Shown piece by piece: positions 1 through 13,013 of a stretch of 64,000 nucleotides of DNA (the stretch's first letter is position 1; every line of letters begins with the position of its first letter). Source of the DNA: Eledone cirrhosa (taxonomy: Eukaryota). The translations under genes were made by a program, and so were the position numbers. The notes under the pieces were generated by a model. The model was given only the letters and a program-made list of their open reading frames with translations, was not told the DNA's origin and searched no databases. Location: the NCBI GenBank assembly GCA_964016885.1, contig OZ024745.1:53010001-53074000 (forward strand), in the 5' to 3' direction.

Positions 1-240
1 CTCTGAAATATGTATAATATTAATAACTCTGGAAAATATTTTTCCGTAGAGTGGTTCCAATCTACTGTAAAACTTATTCTTTGATGTACTCATTGAATCT
101 TGTTTAACTATTTAATATATATGTATATATATATATATATATACTGACCAACAACCGCTCTGCATAATCAGCTCCTGATTATTTACTAGATTTCTATAAG
201 AATATAACATCATTGATCTCAGTAGACAGGCGGGGTAGTT

Positions 241-284
241 GGCCTTGATAAGCTTCAACAAAAGCGAAACATGTCATGTCGGCT
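241..284 (+). ncRNA. Type I hammerhead ribozyme, U3-A8 core variant
   Basis: GGCC-TTGATAA-GCTT(caacaa)AAGC-GAA-ACATG(t)CATGT-C-GGCT gives stems I, II and III and a GUC site. It is enclosed by an outer helix, 213-230 pairing with 292-309. Confidence 0.7.
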
Positions 285-427
285 TATCTCCCCTGTTTGC
301 TGAGATCAAAGTGAGTGAATTTGTCACTACTTTAAAACAATAGCTTACGGTCTTCAAAATGCTTTTAATTAAGCATAAAGTGTATTGCAAAATACATTAT
401 ATATATATTGCTATTTCAGAGCTCCAA

Positions 428-431
<4 letters not shown>

Positions 432-513
<82 letters not shown>
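432..513. repeat. (TA)n microsatellite
   Basis: Direct reading. Confidence 0.98.
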
Positions 514-518
<5 letters not shown>

Positions 519-651
519 GAGTGAGGTTTCTTTACAAGATGAAAAATAACAGAGGTGTCCTATTGCTGAAAATATAAGGAAAAAAGATTAACTCGAAAAT
601 GCAACTGGAGTTTTATTTTTTTTTAAATATATATATATATTTATTTGGATC

Positions 652-687
652 CTTTACCGGTATCGCAGTTCTTCTGCTTTTCAAAAG
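652..687 (-). ncRNA. Degenerate hammerhead-like motif (U3-A8 core, GAAA changed to GATA)
   Basis: Minus strand: CTT-TTGAAAA-GCAG(aagaa)CTGC-GAT-ACCGGT-A-AAG. Confidence 0.5.
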
Positions 688-1410
688 TAGTGTTGAGATG
701 GAGGCTCTGTGGTTTTTCTCACATCTGGTTGGTCTTTGAATGTTACTTGTTTCATATGGAAAAAAGTGGCTCGAAACGCCAGGTTTTTAGAGAAGTAATT
801 TGATTGCTTGGTGAATAAGTATAATAAATTTCGCGCAAGTTCGCGTTACAAAGTTCTTCAAACATATATTAGTGAAGTTTGGTTGGTTGATGCAGTCACC
901 TGAATAAACACCAGTTTGTTTGAATTTCTTTTTACTTTAAAAAGTGGCTCACGAAGGCTTTTTTTTATAAATGTAATTTGATTGGTTATAAATGAAATTA
1001 TGACTGTCACGTGAACAAGTTTATTAAATTTCGCGCCCGTATTTGGGAATTTATTTTGTAGCCTTTTAGAGAAGTTTATGACAAACAAAAGATAATGGTC
1101 AAGAGAAATGGGATAGGGAGAATTGTCCTGGCTCAGTGAATATGGCTTGTTCGCTGGGGTGTCAGAGTTCAGACTTTCTATTGAAAGTAGAGATATGTGT
1201 GTTTATTTGTGTGTATACGTACATACATATATGTATACCGACGTACAGCAGTATGTATATGCATACATACATGCACACATATATATATGTACGTACGGGT
1301 TTACCGAACATTTATTATAATGTTCGGTTTGTTTGTAAACAAACAGCCCGAATTAAGCAGTACAGTGTTCGGCAACCATCGTTGACATTTTGTTCAACAC
1401 TGACAAAGGA

Positions 1411-1453
1411 ACAATGAACTAGTTTCGAGCTTCTTAGCTGTCATCAGCATCGT
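1411..1453 (-). ncRNA. Minimal type I hammerhead ribozyme
   Basis: Minus strand: ACGATG-CTGATGA-C-AGCT(aaga)AGCT-C-GAA-ACTAGT-T-CATTGT, with a 6-bp stem I and palindromic stem III. Confidence 0.75.
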
Positions 1454-1633
1454 ATACTTTCCTGTCAGATGATTGAACGTTTGAAAGTATATACTTTCCT
1501 TATGCATATTAACGGCTGAGCAGCCTAATTTGCATATCGAGTGAGTTAGTCGGCCGGGCACACCGAAACGGATAAATGGATAAATCAGCCGTAATAAGAG
1601 TGAGAAATGAAATTTCATTGTTTCATTTTTTCC

Positions 1634-1675
<42 letters not shown>

Positions 1676-1941
1676 CACCGCAAAAACCTACAGTTTACTT
1701 TACAGACCCTTACAGAATGTAACACTAACATTATTTTTTTCACCTGTATAATACATGCACACATATATATGGTACACAACCAGTATATGCGTGCGTATAT
1801 GTGTATAAGCATATAACCACTCGATTATTCGACCGAATGAATTACTAGTACTGATATTACTATTCAGACGGACTTCTTAATATATATATATATATATATA
1901 TAAACAAAATTTCGCTCTACCTGACTGAATGCAATAAATGG

Positions 1942-2354
1942 AATCTTAGTTTTTCGAATATTAATAATAACATTCGATTCGTTTCCAATTATGCATACAA
2001 GCCTGAATGTTATAACAACCTCAGTAGAATAAACACTTCATTCTTGCTCTTGTGTTGGCATGTGAACAGAACTGCAGACACGATCAGTCACTGATAATAA
2101 CATATATTTAAAAATAACATATATTTTGAAAATAACATATATTTTCACTAGCTCTGACAGTTTGGCAGGTGAACAGTGAGCTGTACTGATGAAGGGTGAT
2201 GCCCAGAAACATTAGTGTTTGCAGTTCTGTTCGCATGCCAACACAAGAGCAAGAATGAAGTGTTCATTCTACTGACATGGCTATAAAATTGAGGCTTGTT
2301 TGCATAAATGCAAACGAATCGAATGTTATTATTAATATTCGAAAAACTCAGATT
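1942..2354. repeat. Inverted repeat (arms 1942-2081 and 2215-2354) between (TA)n tracts; PLE pseudo-LTR-type mini insertion
   Basis: The arms are reverse complements with scattered mismatches. The spacer holds three AATAACATATATTT-like repeats and most of a hammerhead. Confidence 0.85.
2178..2227 (+). ncRNA. Type I hammerhead ribozyme
   Basis: GAGCTGTA-CTGATGA-A-GGGT(gat)GCCC-A-GAA-ACATTAGTGT-T-TGCAGTTC, with an 8-bp stem I. The inverted arm keeps GTC at the cleavage triplet. Confidence 0.8.
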
Positions 2355-2440
<86 letters not shown>

Positions 2441-2907
2441 GTGTAGCCACACACGTGTAGTCAGACCTGCAAAATCTTTGATGGAGAAATGTACTAATTT
2501 TACTGAATTCCTGTCGATAAGCACAGAAGATTTGGATATTTCACTTTTTATTTCAATTCCATTTCGATTCTCTTTATTTTTCAATTCATGTACCATCGTT
2601 GCGAAACATATTTGGGTTTCGAAGTTCAAATTCATCTACGGAGCGGGTTTGGATTTTGAAATTTAAATTTGTTCAGGAATCACGGCCTTTGACAATATAA
2701 GCTTGTCTTTATTGACTTATATCGAGACAGACAAATTGTATTCACTTTAATTAGTTTATTTCATTGATAGCTAACTTTGTCTGTTACAATGCAAACACGT
2801 TTTGTGTTTATCATATGTATTAATGTATTTAACTGCTCGGAAACGCCCCTTTCTTGGAGCTTATTAATTGTAAACGACTGAGAGTTTAATCTCAGAATAT
2901 AATATAG

Positions 2908-3252
<345 letters not shown>

Positions 3253-3409
3253 TCAGTTTATCAATAATGTAGTGATAATATATCGTTACGTTAGAGATGA
3301 ACAGCGTACGTGCAGGTTTGCTCAACGAGTATAAATTATATTCCGGAGAAATGTAGAAAGGATGAATATAAAATGAAAGTGCTTTTGTTAAAAAAGGAAT
3401 TTATTAGGT

Positions 3410-3524
3410 GTTGACATATGTTTCTGTAACAGACCGAATACCTATGTATCGCTGCTTGCGTAATCATATAATGTTAGCAAGTATTCGATAGCAAATGTAT
3501 AATCAGTCGTCACTTCTTCAGAGA
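3410..3524 (-). ncRNA. Hammerhead-like motif with long stem II in the PLE pseudo-LTR
   Basis: Minus strand: CTGAAGA-A-GTGAC GACTGA...TCGGTC t GTTAC-A-GAA-ACATATGT-C, followed by AATAAA. Stem I is only about 1 bp. Confidence 0.6.
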
Positions 3525-4113
3525 TTTTGGATAAACTGGATAAAATCAGAAAAATTGAAGTATTTATATTAGTAAAGGAGGTAGGAACAGAGGGGATAGT
3601 ATATGACAGATGGTAAAATAATTTACTGCTAGACAAGTATATAATGGGTTTTTAATGAGAATACCATGAGTAAATCTAAATAAGAATTTTGGGAGTGCCA
3701 ATTTTAATCTCTACTTGACCAACTGGACAGTGGACAGGGCTGGTCATTTGGTGCAGTAGTATTAATTATAAAGTGTCAATTGGGGAAGGGGGAGATTTCG
3801 ATTGCTACTAAATAACATCAATGCTAGTAGCCAGCTGGTATATGCATTAGGGAATTGAATCAAGAAATCAGAAATCTCATTTTATCTATAGCAGTTTGTA
3901 TTAAAAGGTAAATAATAGAAGAGTTGATAGAATTAAGACTAATAAAGAATGTTCATATATATTTTGACAATCAAACGGGGATAGAGACAGGCGTTCAATC
4001 CTGGTAGTATTTATAATATGAAAATGTAGATTTTAAGCGATGGTTACAGTATAACGATCATTCTATTCTGTTATTTAATAAAATGTTTTTGGATTTCATA
4101 ATACAAAATAATT

Positions 4114-6312
4114 CTACATTACATAATTTACAAAATTCCTGTCCATTGGAATATGGGGGGCAGCCGCTATTATATCCCATTTTAGGTGAAATTGTTGGTT
4201 ATTTTCACGCAGCTGCCAAGCCTTGTCTGCGAGTGTTGTTACATAACGCTGGTTTTCATGTTTTATCGAATAACGATGTCTATAAAGGCGTGATTTGAAG
4301 GAGGTGGCTGTAGATCCCACATAGTACCACTTCTGTCTATCCGATTCGATAGTACATTTGTATATGATGTTGCGTTCAAGACACTGATTGTTCAACGGAC
4401 ACATTCCTGGTTGGACACAGTTGCAATTATAATTTTGCGTTGTTGTATTGCCATGGATGGGTTGATGAGGTTGCTTATGTAGGACAGGATGTTGTTTGTT
4501 GTTTTGTGATGTTATAGCTAATGTTTTACGTGTATTGTTATGTGTTGGAAGGCGTTTATACAACCGTTTTGCGTTAAGCTTTTTTATATGTTGTTCAATA
4601 TTAGGGGCGGTTGAATATGAAAGTCGAATAGTGTTAGGGTTTAAGATTTTATTATTTTTATGTGATGTTGGAAAGTGTTTTCTAACTAATCGAAAGAATT
4701 TTGAGGGTAGATTGGTTTTAATAGAGTTGTTATAGACCGGGTTGTACCAGATATACTCCTTACATCGCCTTCTGTTTGGTGGTGTGCGACTATTATTGTG
4801 TCTATTGCGGTAGTGTATGTATGGTGGTGATTCTGTTCTATTTCTACTCCTATGTGATTTATTTTGGGTGTTTTGGTGATCTTTGACTATATACTCTATA
4901 TTATCTAGGTGACCGGCTTTCCTAAGTGCATCATCATAATACTCGGCATGTTCTTTGAAGGTTTGTTGGTTGGACGATAGGCGGGAGATCCTAAGAGAAA
5001 CATTTCTAGGGATGGATTTAATTATAGAGAGTGGATGGTTAGAACTCGTATTTACATATTTAAGGTTCTCATTTAGTTTATGGAACGGTTTAATCGTATC
5101 TGTATTGAGATTGAAAGTAACATCAAGGAAATTGACCTCTTTGAGGTTATATTCAAATGTAATATTTAATCCTAGTTCCTTAAAAAGCTTTCTGATATTT
5201 TTACGCATCCTTTCTAAATTCTGGTTATTCATATGCTTAACTAATAGGAGCGCATCGTCACGGTAAATTCCACCGTGGAGATCCTTGAATTTTCCTTGTA
5301 ATCTGTGGGTGATATAAATTCCCACAAGATCTGTTACTTCCGCCGAATCATTAGAACCCATAGTGATATCAAAATTAGAAGGTCTATCTTTGCGAACCCA
5401 GTAGCTATCATCGAATTTAACTATAGTTTTTCTCGCTTCCATAATAATTTTAATTTCAGCATCCGTAAGGTCGGAATTATCTTTAGCGAACGAAAGAGCT
5501 TCATGTAGAGTATCAGGTGAAATTGAGGAATAATATTCATCAATATCAAACTGAATAAATTTCGATTTTTTCTTATCAGTAATGTTATTAAACCATCTTA
5601 TTGCTTCATGAGTGTTACCCCATAGTTTAATCTCTACTTTAACCTTAACTTGGGGGATAATTCTGTCTAGTATATATTTGCTAATTTTACCTATATCAGA
5701 TTTAGAGGGGCATATAAGTCTAATATTAGGGTTAGTATCGAAGTTTACCTTGTGGTCCTTCAGGTTGAAGGATGGTATAGCTGGTGTTAAGGGTTGCGTT
5801 CTATCGTCAATACAAAGTTTTTTAACAATATCACATGCCGAGTTGTTGATGTTTTTAAGTGTGGCTTCATTAGTTTTCCTGTATTTTTTATGCAATTCCT
5901 TACGGATGAAGTTATTGTAAGTGTCCACATCCATGGTATATACGTTTGATGTTTTGTCTGCTCTAACAATAATTCCATTGGCGTTTTTTAGATTATTGAG
6001 CAGTGCCGTGATGTCATTCTGTAGTTTATTGTTCTTACGTTTTGTAAATTTGATCTCCATGATCATATCCATTAGGTCTTGTTCAAATGCATCCAAAAGT
6101 GGGTTTGAGGGTGGGTTCTTGTATGATTTAAATCCAAATTTATCCTTGTTAAGATCCGATGTTTGGTTTATACGGCTTTTGTCAAAATGGAATGTTTTCC
6201 ATCTGATTCGTCGAATAAAATCATTGGTCCTTCGTATCATACCTAGAATATATTCCCTTTTTGCCTGAATAGGTATGTTTTTTAACGACATATCCAATTG
6301 GTGCCTTTCCAT
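4114..6312 (-). CDS. PLE reverse transcriptase + C-terminal GIY-YIG endonuclease (732 aa, frameshifted near the C-terminus)
   Basis: RT motifs IQFDIDEYY, FDITMGSNDSAEV, GIYRDDAL and NFLDVTF. A CNC..CPL...C linker precedes NIIY...YYVGSTATSFKSRLYRH. The FCKLC...YCNH tail continues in another frame to about 3995. Confidence 0.92.
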   Translation of the reverse strand: MERHQLDMSLKNIPIQAKREYILGMIRRTNDFIRRIRWKTFHFDKSRINQTSDLNKDKFGFKSYKNPPSNPLLDAFEQDLMDMIMEIKFTKRKNNKLQNDITALLNNLKNANGIIVRADKTSNVYTMDVDTYNNFIRKELHKKYRKTNEATLKNINNSACDIVKKLCIDDRTQPLTPAIPSFNLKDHKVNFDTNPNIRLICPSKSDIGKISKYILDRIIPQVKVKVEIKLWGNTHEAIRWFNNITDKKKSKFIQFDIDEYYSSISPDTLHEALSFAKDNSDLTDAEIKIIMEARKTIVKFDDSYWVRKDRPSNFDITMGSNDSAEVTDLVGIYITHRLQGKFKDLHGGIYRDDALLLVKHMNNQNLERMRKNIRKLFKELGLNITFEYNLKEVNFLDVTFNLNTDTIKPFHKLNENLKYVNTSSNHPLSIIKSIPRNVSLRISRLSSNQQTFKEHAEYYDDALRKAGHLDNIEYIVKDHQNTQNKSHRSRNRTESPPYIHYRNRHNNSRTPPNRRRCKEYIWYNPVYNNSIKTNLPSKFFRLVRKHFPTSHKNNKILNPNTIRLSYSTAPNIEQHIKKLNAKRLYKRLPTHNNTRKTLAITSQNNKQHPVLHKQPHQPIHGNTTTQNYNCNCVQPGMCPLNNQCLERNIIYKCTIESDRQKWYYVGSTATSFKSRLYRHRYSIKHENQRYVTTLADKAWQLRENNQQFHLKWDIIAAAPHIPMDRNFVNYVM

Positions 6313-6523
6313 TTTAGAGGCGTATGCTGAATTAGTTGCTCAACTGTATAGGAGATTAATAAAATTTCAGGTTATCAATAATGTAGTGATAATATATCGT
6401 TACGTTAGAGATGAACAGCGTACGTGCAGGTTTGCTCAACGAGTATAAATTATATTCCGGAGAAATGTAGAAAGGATGAATATAAAATGAAAGTGCTTTT
6501 GTTAAAAAAGGAATTTATTAGGT

Positions 6524-6638
6524 GTTGACATATGTTTCTGTAACAGACCGAATACCTATGTATCGCTGCTTGCGTAATCATATAATGTTAGCAAGTATTC
6601 GATAGCAAATGTATAATCAGTTGTCACTTCTTCAGAGA
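6524..6638 (-). ncRNA. Second copy of the PLE hammerhead-like motif, upstream of the ORF start
   Basis: Same motif displaced by 3114 bp, with one substitution in stem II. Confidence 0.6.
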
Positions 6639-7108
6639 TTTTGGATAAACTGGATAAAATCAGAAAAATTGAAGTATTTATATTAGTAAAAGAGGAAGGA
6701 ACAGAGGGGATAGTATATGACAGATGGTAAAATAATTTACTGCTAGACAAGTATATAATGGGTTTTTAATGAGAATACCATGAGTAAATCTAAATAAGAA
6801 TTTTGGGAGTGCCAATTTTAATCTCTACTTGACCAACTGGACAGTGGACAGGGCTGGTCATTTGGTGCAGTAGTATTAATTATAAAGTGTCAATTGGGGA
6901 AGGGGGAGATTTCGATTGCTACTAAATAACATCAATGCTAGTAGCCAGCTGGTATATGCATTAGGGAATTGAATCAAGAAATCAGAAATCTCATTTTATC
7001 TATAGCAGTTTGTATTAAAAGGTAAATAATAGAAGAGTTGATAGAATTAAGACTAATAAAGAATGTTCATATCTATTTTGACAATCAAACGGGGATAGAG
7101 ACAGGCGT

Positions 7109-8204
7109 TCAATCCTGGTAGTATTTATAATATGAAAATGTAGATTTTAAGCGATGGTTACAGTATAACGATCGCTCTATTCTGTTATTTAATAAAATGT
7201 TTTTGGATTTCATAATACAAAATAATTCTACATTACATAATTTACAAAATTCCTGTCCATTGGAATATGGGGGGCAGCCGCTATTATATCCCATTTTAGG
7301 TGAAATTGTTGGTTATTTTCACGCAGCTGCCAAGCCTTGTCTGCGAGTGTTGTTACATAACGCTGGTTTTCATGTTTTATCGAATAACGATGTCTATAAA
7401 GGCGTGATTTGAAGGAGGTGGCTGTAGATCCCACATAGTACCACTTCTGTCTATCCGATTCGATAGTACATTTGTATACGATGTTGCGTTCAAGACACTG
7501 ATTGTTCAACGGACACATTCCTGGTTGGACACAGTTGCAATTATAATTTTGCGTTGTTGTATTGCCATGGATGGGTTGATGAGGTTGCTTATGTAGGACA
7601 GGATGTTGTTTGTTGTTTTGTGATGTTATAGCTAATGTTTTACGTGTATTGTTATGTGTTGGAAGGCGTTTATACAACCGTTTTGCGTTAAGCTTTTTTA
7701 TATGTTGTTCAATATTAGGGGCGGTTGAATATGAAAGTCGAATAGTGTTAGGGTTTAAGATTTTATTATATTTATGTGATGTTGGAAAGTGTTTTCTAAC
7801 TAATCGAAAGAATTTTGAGGGTAGATTGGTTTTAATAGAGTTGTTATAGACCGGGTTGTACCAGATATACTCCTTACATCGCCTTCTGTTTGGTGGTGTG
7901 CGACTATTATTGTGTCTATTGCGGTAGTGTATGTATGGTGGTGATTATGTGCTATTTCTACTCCTATGTGATTTATTTTGGGTGTTTTGGTGATCTTTGA
8001 CTATATACTCTATATTATCTAGGTGACCGGCTTTCCTAAGTGCATCATCATAATACTCGGCATGTTCTTTGAAGGTTTGTTGGTTGGACGATAGGCGGGA
8101 GATCCTAAGAGAAACATTTCTAGGGATGGATTTAATTATAGAGAGTGGATGGTTAGAACTCGTATTTACATATTTAAGGTTCTCATTTAGTTTATGGAAC
8201 GGTT
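7109..8204 (-). pseudogene. Duplicated 3' part of the PLE ORF (thumb, linker, GIY-YIG)
   Basis: ORF 7228-7677 is almost identical to the C-terminus of 4114-6312. Confidence 0.9.
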
Positions 8205-8273
8205 ACAGAAACATATGTCAACACCTAATAAATTCCTTTTTTAACAAAAGCACTTTCATTTTATATTCATCCT

Positions 8274-8320
<47 letters not shown>

Positions 8321-9497
8321 AAATACAAACAGAGATAGCGAATGACACAGTTTAAGGAAAAAACATTTTTACGTTTGAAAAGTGTTTTAACTTTCCGGAC
8401 GCTAGACATGAAAAGAATTTATTTGAAAATAAACATGTCTATTCACGTTACAATCTCTTGCCGCAACCACCTACCTTTTACAAGCCTCTACAAAATGAAA
8501 CACGAACAAGCGATTTTAACCAACCTGTTCATGAAAGGTCCACAGTGGGCTGTGCAGCCTGCAGAACAATCTGCAGAATGTTAACGCATAACACAAAAGC
8601 CAGAGTAGATACCTTAAATCAACTCAGCCAACGCTCTAACAATTCCGCCAATTCACTGCCCCATGAATGTCACTTTATATTAAACTTAAACCAATGAAAA
8701 TTGATTCACTTGATTTGAACCGGTGACAGGGCTGAAAAAATGGTGCAACGCATTGTAATCAATGTAGCAATGATTATGCATGTGTGGCTTTGGGGCTGTA
8801 TCGTATAGCAGTGTGAATATATACCTACGGCTTGTGTTTCTGTGTGATGATGTGCAGTGTCCATTTGCTGTATATGTGCGAGAATATGTCGGTTTTCCAG
8901 CATGTAAGCTTTTATCATCTGTTGTGATTATGCGTGGGATTTTTAATGAAAGTATAGCATTATTGTGTGCGTGAGCATGTGTATGTTTCTACAGTAAATG
9001 CCTGTATGCAGGATTTTCATGCATAACTGTATCTGAGTATTGTTTGTCCGTAAATGTGTAATTATGTGTATCAAACGAGTGTGAGAATGGTTTGAAATGT
9101 GGCGATGCAAGGGAAGTTCGAAGTGTGCACGCAGGAAAATACGTTTTATGAGTAATATTGAAATCTGTTCAGTACGTAGATGTAAAAATGGTAAATAGTT
9201 GTGATTAACGAGGCAGAAATCGAGAAAATACTGGGCGGAGAAATCCACAAAGCGGAAATGCTGAGAGATGGGTGGATTATCCCCGAAGACGTATATCTCG
9301 CTGCGAATCTGTAAATATATTAACCATTATTCAACGTTTCGGATCTGAGTCGGTAAAAGGTGTCAGAGGAATAAACCATGTCGTTTCCGGGTGAGTTTGA
9401 TTATAGTGGAATAGATATTAGGATAGAGATGAGAGAATAAAATTGAAAGAAAATAAATCCTGAAAGGTGCACACATGCATAAACCCTCACACTCACG

Positions 9498-9537
<40 letters not shown>

Positions 9538-9599
9538 CACACACACTCTACTATGGCACAGGGTGCTAATATTGTACCTTCCTCTGTAATCTGCAATTT

Positions 9600-9636
<37 letters not shown>

Positions 9637-10479
9637 AGTTGCACTACTGCCTCGCTGAAGAGCAGATTGTAAGTGGAAGCAGTACAGGGTGTATCTGCAG
9701 AACAACTGTTGCTTTTATGAATAGCGAAGAAGATCGTACAATAGCTGAATTGGCTTCATCAAATACTTGTTTCTACTTTAGGTACAAGACCAGCAATTAC
9801 CCAGTGCATTACTGGTACTCAAATACTAAGTCAATGTCAGTCACCTCAACAGTAGCGACCACCACAGATAAAGGACCTAGGGTGGCTACCAATGATACCC
9901 ACGCAAATAAAATATCAGCTGCCACAACTGACACCCCAAATGTCACACCAGTGATACTATTAAATGTCAGAAGTCTGGTAAACTGACCAACATGTGTAAG
10001 GTCCCCTACTTAAGTGAGCTAGCGACAAGAAATATGCATGGATCTAACTGAATCTCACCTCATAGCTAAGATAGCAGATGTTGAAAACCAAAGTATGGTG
10101 TATTTCGTACTGTCAAGAAGAAGGAACTCATGGTGGAACAAGAAACTTATAGATTATACAGCCGAAAGGAAGCACTCAGCATCTATTCAGCTCAAACCTC
10201 CACTAAACTAACTGGAAAAAGATTCTAGAGGAGCGCCTGAAGCAGAACTGGACCAACAATCTCTCTTTGGAAGATGTCAACATACAACTTAAGCAATTCA
10301 TGGAAATAATAGAAGCCAACTGCTCCAAGTTTGGCCTGGAAAGAATATTATTCCCAGAGACAGGAGAATCCTCATTAGAAGAACCGAGATCTGAAATCGG
10401 CTACATACAAAAGTAAAGAACAAGATGGAATCCCATTTGAAACGTGCACTGTTTCAAACTGTAAATGAACTCAAATACT

Positions 10480-10810
10480 TCCATGAAATAAATCTAGGTC
10501 CTTCGATAATGCAGTCTTTGTTGATGCCTGTTGGTATTTCAAATTGGTGTGTGTCTAGTCAGTACATGATAACCGTTAATCGATAGTCATGGGGTATGTT
10601 TGTGTAAAGATGTACGAAAATTGTGTTTTACTTACTGTTATTGCCAAGTGGTTAAACATGTATAAGTCGTCTTGTATGTAAGTCTGTATGTGTTTCATGA
10701 AAGGCTTTAGGAGGATATTCAGAAAGTTGCTTTGTCCATGTATTTCAAATACTGGGCCTGCTATAATCGGTCTAAGTTTTCAATCATATGAAGGTGTTAA
10801 CAGTGTGTCG
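10480..10810 (-). pseudogene. Decayed PLE RT fragment (Naiad/Neptune-like)
   Basis: Manual translation of the minus strand gives KLRPIIAGP..SNFLNILLKPFMKHIQTYIQDD and LYTNIPH. Confidence 0.7.
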
Positions 10811-11149
10811 ACATTTGTCTCAGCAGATGAAAAGATACGCTGTAATCGTTCCCTTAAAGGCAGTGATTCGGTTAGAACTCCAGAAAGTCCATCAGTTCCA
10901 TTGCTAAGGAGCTCTAGCTTTCAGGGCACACTATCCGAATAATTGTGCATGAAGACCTACAATACAAGTTATATACCTGCAGCCACAAACAATAAACGCC
11001 TGATTCGCGCAAATCACCTGTCGAGCAAACTGAATTTCCAAGTTCCAGTAAAGCTTTATTTTGTCGTTGATATGGAATAACTTCATCAGGACCAACAGCA
11101 CATCAAGCAACGAAATAGAAGCTCGTTATTCAGAGGTCATAAAGACATT

Positions 11150-11640
11150 CGACCGGTTGTGTACACAATGTTTCCAGTAATTATGATGTTTCTGGTATTC
11201 ATGAGCAACGATACAGAAGTCATATCTCGTGACCTTTTCCTCGTGGCTTAAGGGTCAATGTTGACAAATATAATGAGGCGGAAAAGAGAAGTATGTGGAT
11301 TGAGTGCTTGTGCAAAGAAAAACAGTATGACTACCAACAAGATTCCATGTCGATCATTAAGGCCATGGTGATCAAAGAAATGTTGAGTTATAATTTCCAC
11401 GATCGAGTCTCCACAGCTATATACGCGCATAGTTCTTCAGAGCTGAATCCCTTGAACTACTGCGTATGAGGCATATCCGATAGGGAAGTCAATCAATGCT
11501 CCCACATAATCGCTAAAGTAGCCATAACTAACATAAGGTCCAAAATAGATAAATATCATATTTCGGGTATGTCAACATTTCAATTCTCGTATTGAAGCAG
11601 TCATAGAAGCTAACACCAAATTAACTGAGTAGATACACCA
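11150..11640 (+). mobile_element. Decayed Tc1/mariner-superfamily transposase fragment
   Basis: Manual translation gives YQQDS, SSELNPLNYCV*G (cf. SPDLNPLDY.VWG) and FNSRIEAVIEAN. Confidence 0.65.
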
Positions 11641-12769
11641 AGAAGAGTCTCAAGATAATCCAAATAAAACTCTTCTTTCATGAGGCATGCGGCCTTTACA
11701 AAAGTCTCACATATGTCCTCAAAGAACTGGGCAGTCTATTAAATTATACATACTTACTGCAAGAAGTCAAAATTGTGGTTGGTGGTACTGAAGTAAATAT
11801 AAATACTTGAGTTTATGCATTTGATTTGTTTATGTGAAATTAAGTTAACTGAAAAGCTATGCTAGTATAAAATGACATCGATAAAAGTAAGAATAGTTAA
11901 TTCTACATTTTAATTCTGTTTTGTTTTCTCTATATTAATATTTCTATTTGCCTTTTTGTGACATTCTCAGCACTACATCCTGCTTGTCTGGAAGTTTCTT
12001 TTGAGATGTTCACAGACATATATAGGTTAGTTCGCCTGAGTTTACATCTAAAGTAATGTTCAAATATTTACAATATAAGTATTTATCGTGCAAGATTAAT
12101 GGCTTTAAGTATTGATTTGAATCTTAGTTCAAAAGGTTTAAGTCTAGTATATGTAAAAAGTAGCTGAAAAATAGGAATGAAAGCTAAACAAAATTACTGT
12201 TGGGATTGCTGATGTCGCAGGAAACTGTCTTCACGTGCGTTTTGACATAAGAAATAAGAACAAAACAAAATGAACTTGATTGATATGAAAAATAGTGAAT
12301 AAGCAAAATATTTTAGATAAACAATCGATTTGTTCTGAAATGTAATTGAAAGGACAAATTCAATCTGCAAGGATACTTTATAATCCAGTTCATTGACCGT
12401 TCAATGAAATACTAAATAAAAGGTGATTACCTCTCTAAGTTCATGTAGAAAATTGTCTTGAAGGTAGTTTACACGAGTGAGGCAAACAAATTCGCCACTT
12501 TGTATGCCGAACAGAGAAAATGAAACAATAATGTATTGAAATGCCGAGTTGAATTGCAATCGATGATATGCTTACAATCCAATGTCTACACCTATCTGAA
12601 ACTAATAAGAAATTTCTAATTTATGCTCAACAGTTTGAGTGTTTTCCTTGTATATACTTGTCCTTTTTAGTACCTACTCACACTCTATACACAAATATAT
12701 TCTGTGTGTTACTTGATATAGCTATGATACAATTATATACATTTTAGATGAATGAATGGTAGAATATAT

Positions 12770-13013
<244 letters not shown>

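Noticed and set aside
2686-2735. TTGACAA-TATAAG...CTTATA-TCGAGAC
   Set aside because: GAAA, stem III and the cleavage site are missing
4496-6268. Plus-strand ORFs overlapping the PLE ORF
   Set aside because: Antisense shadows of the RT frame with no motifs
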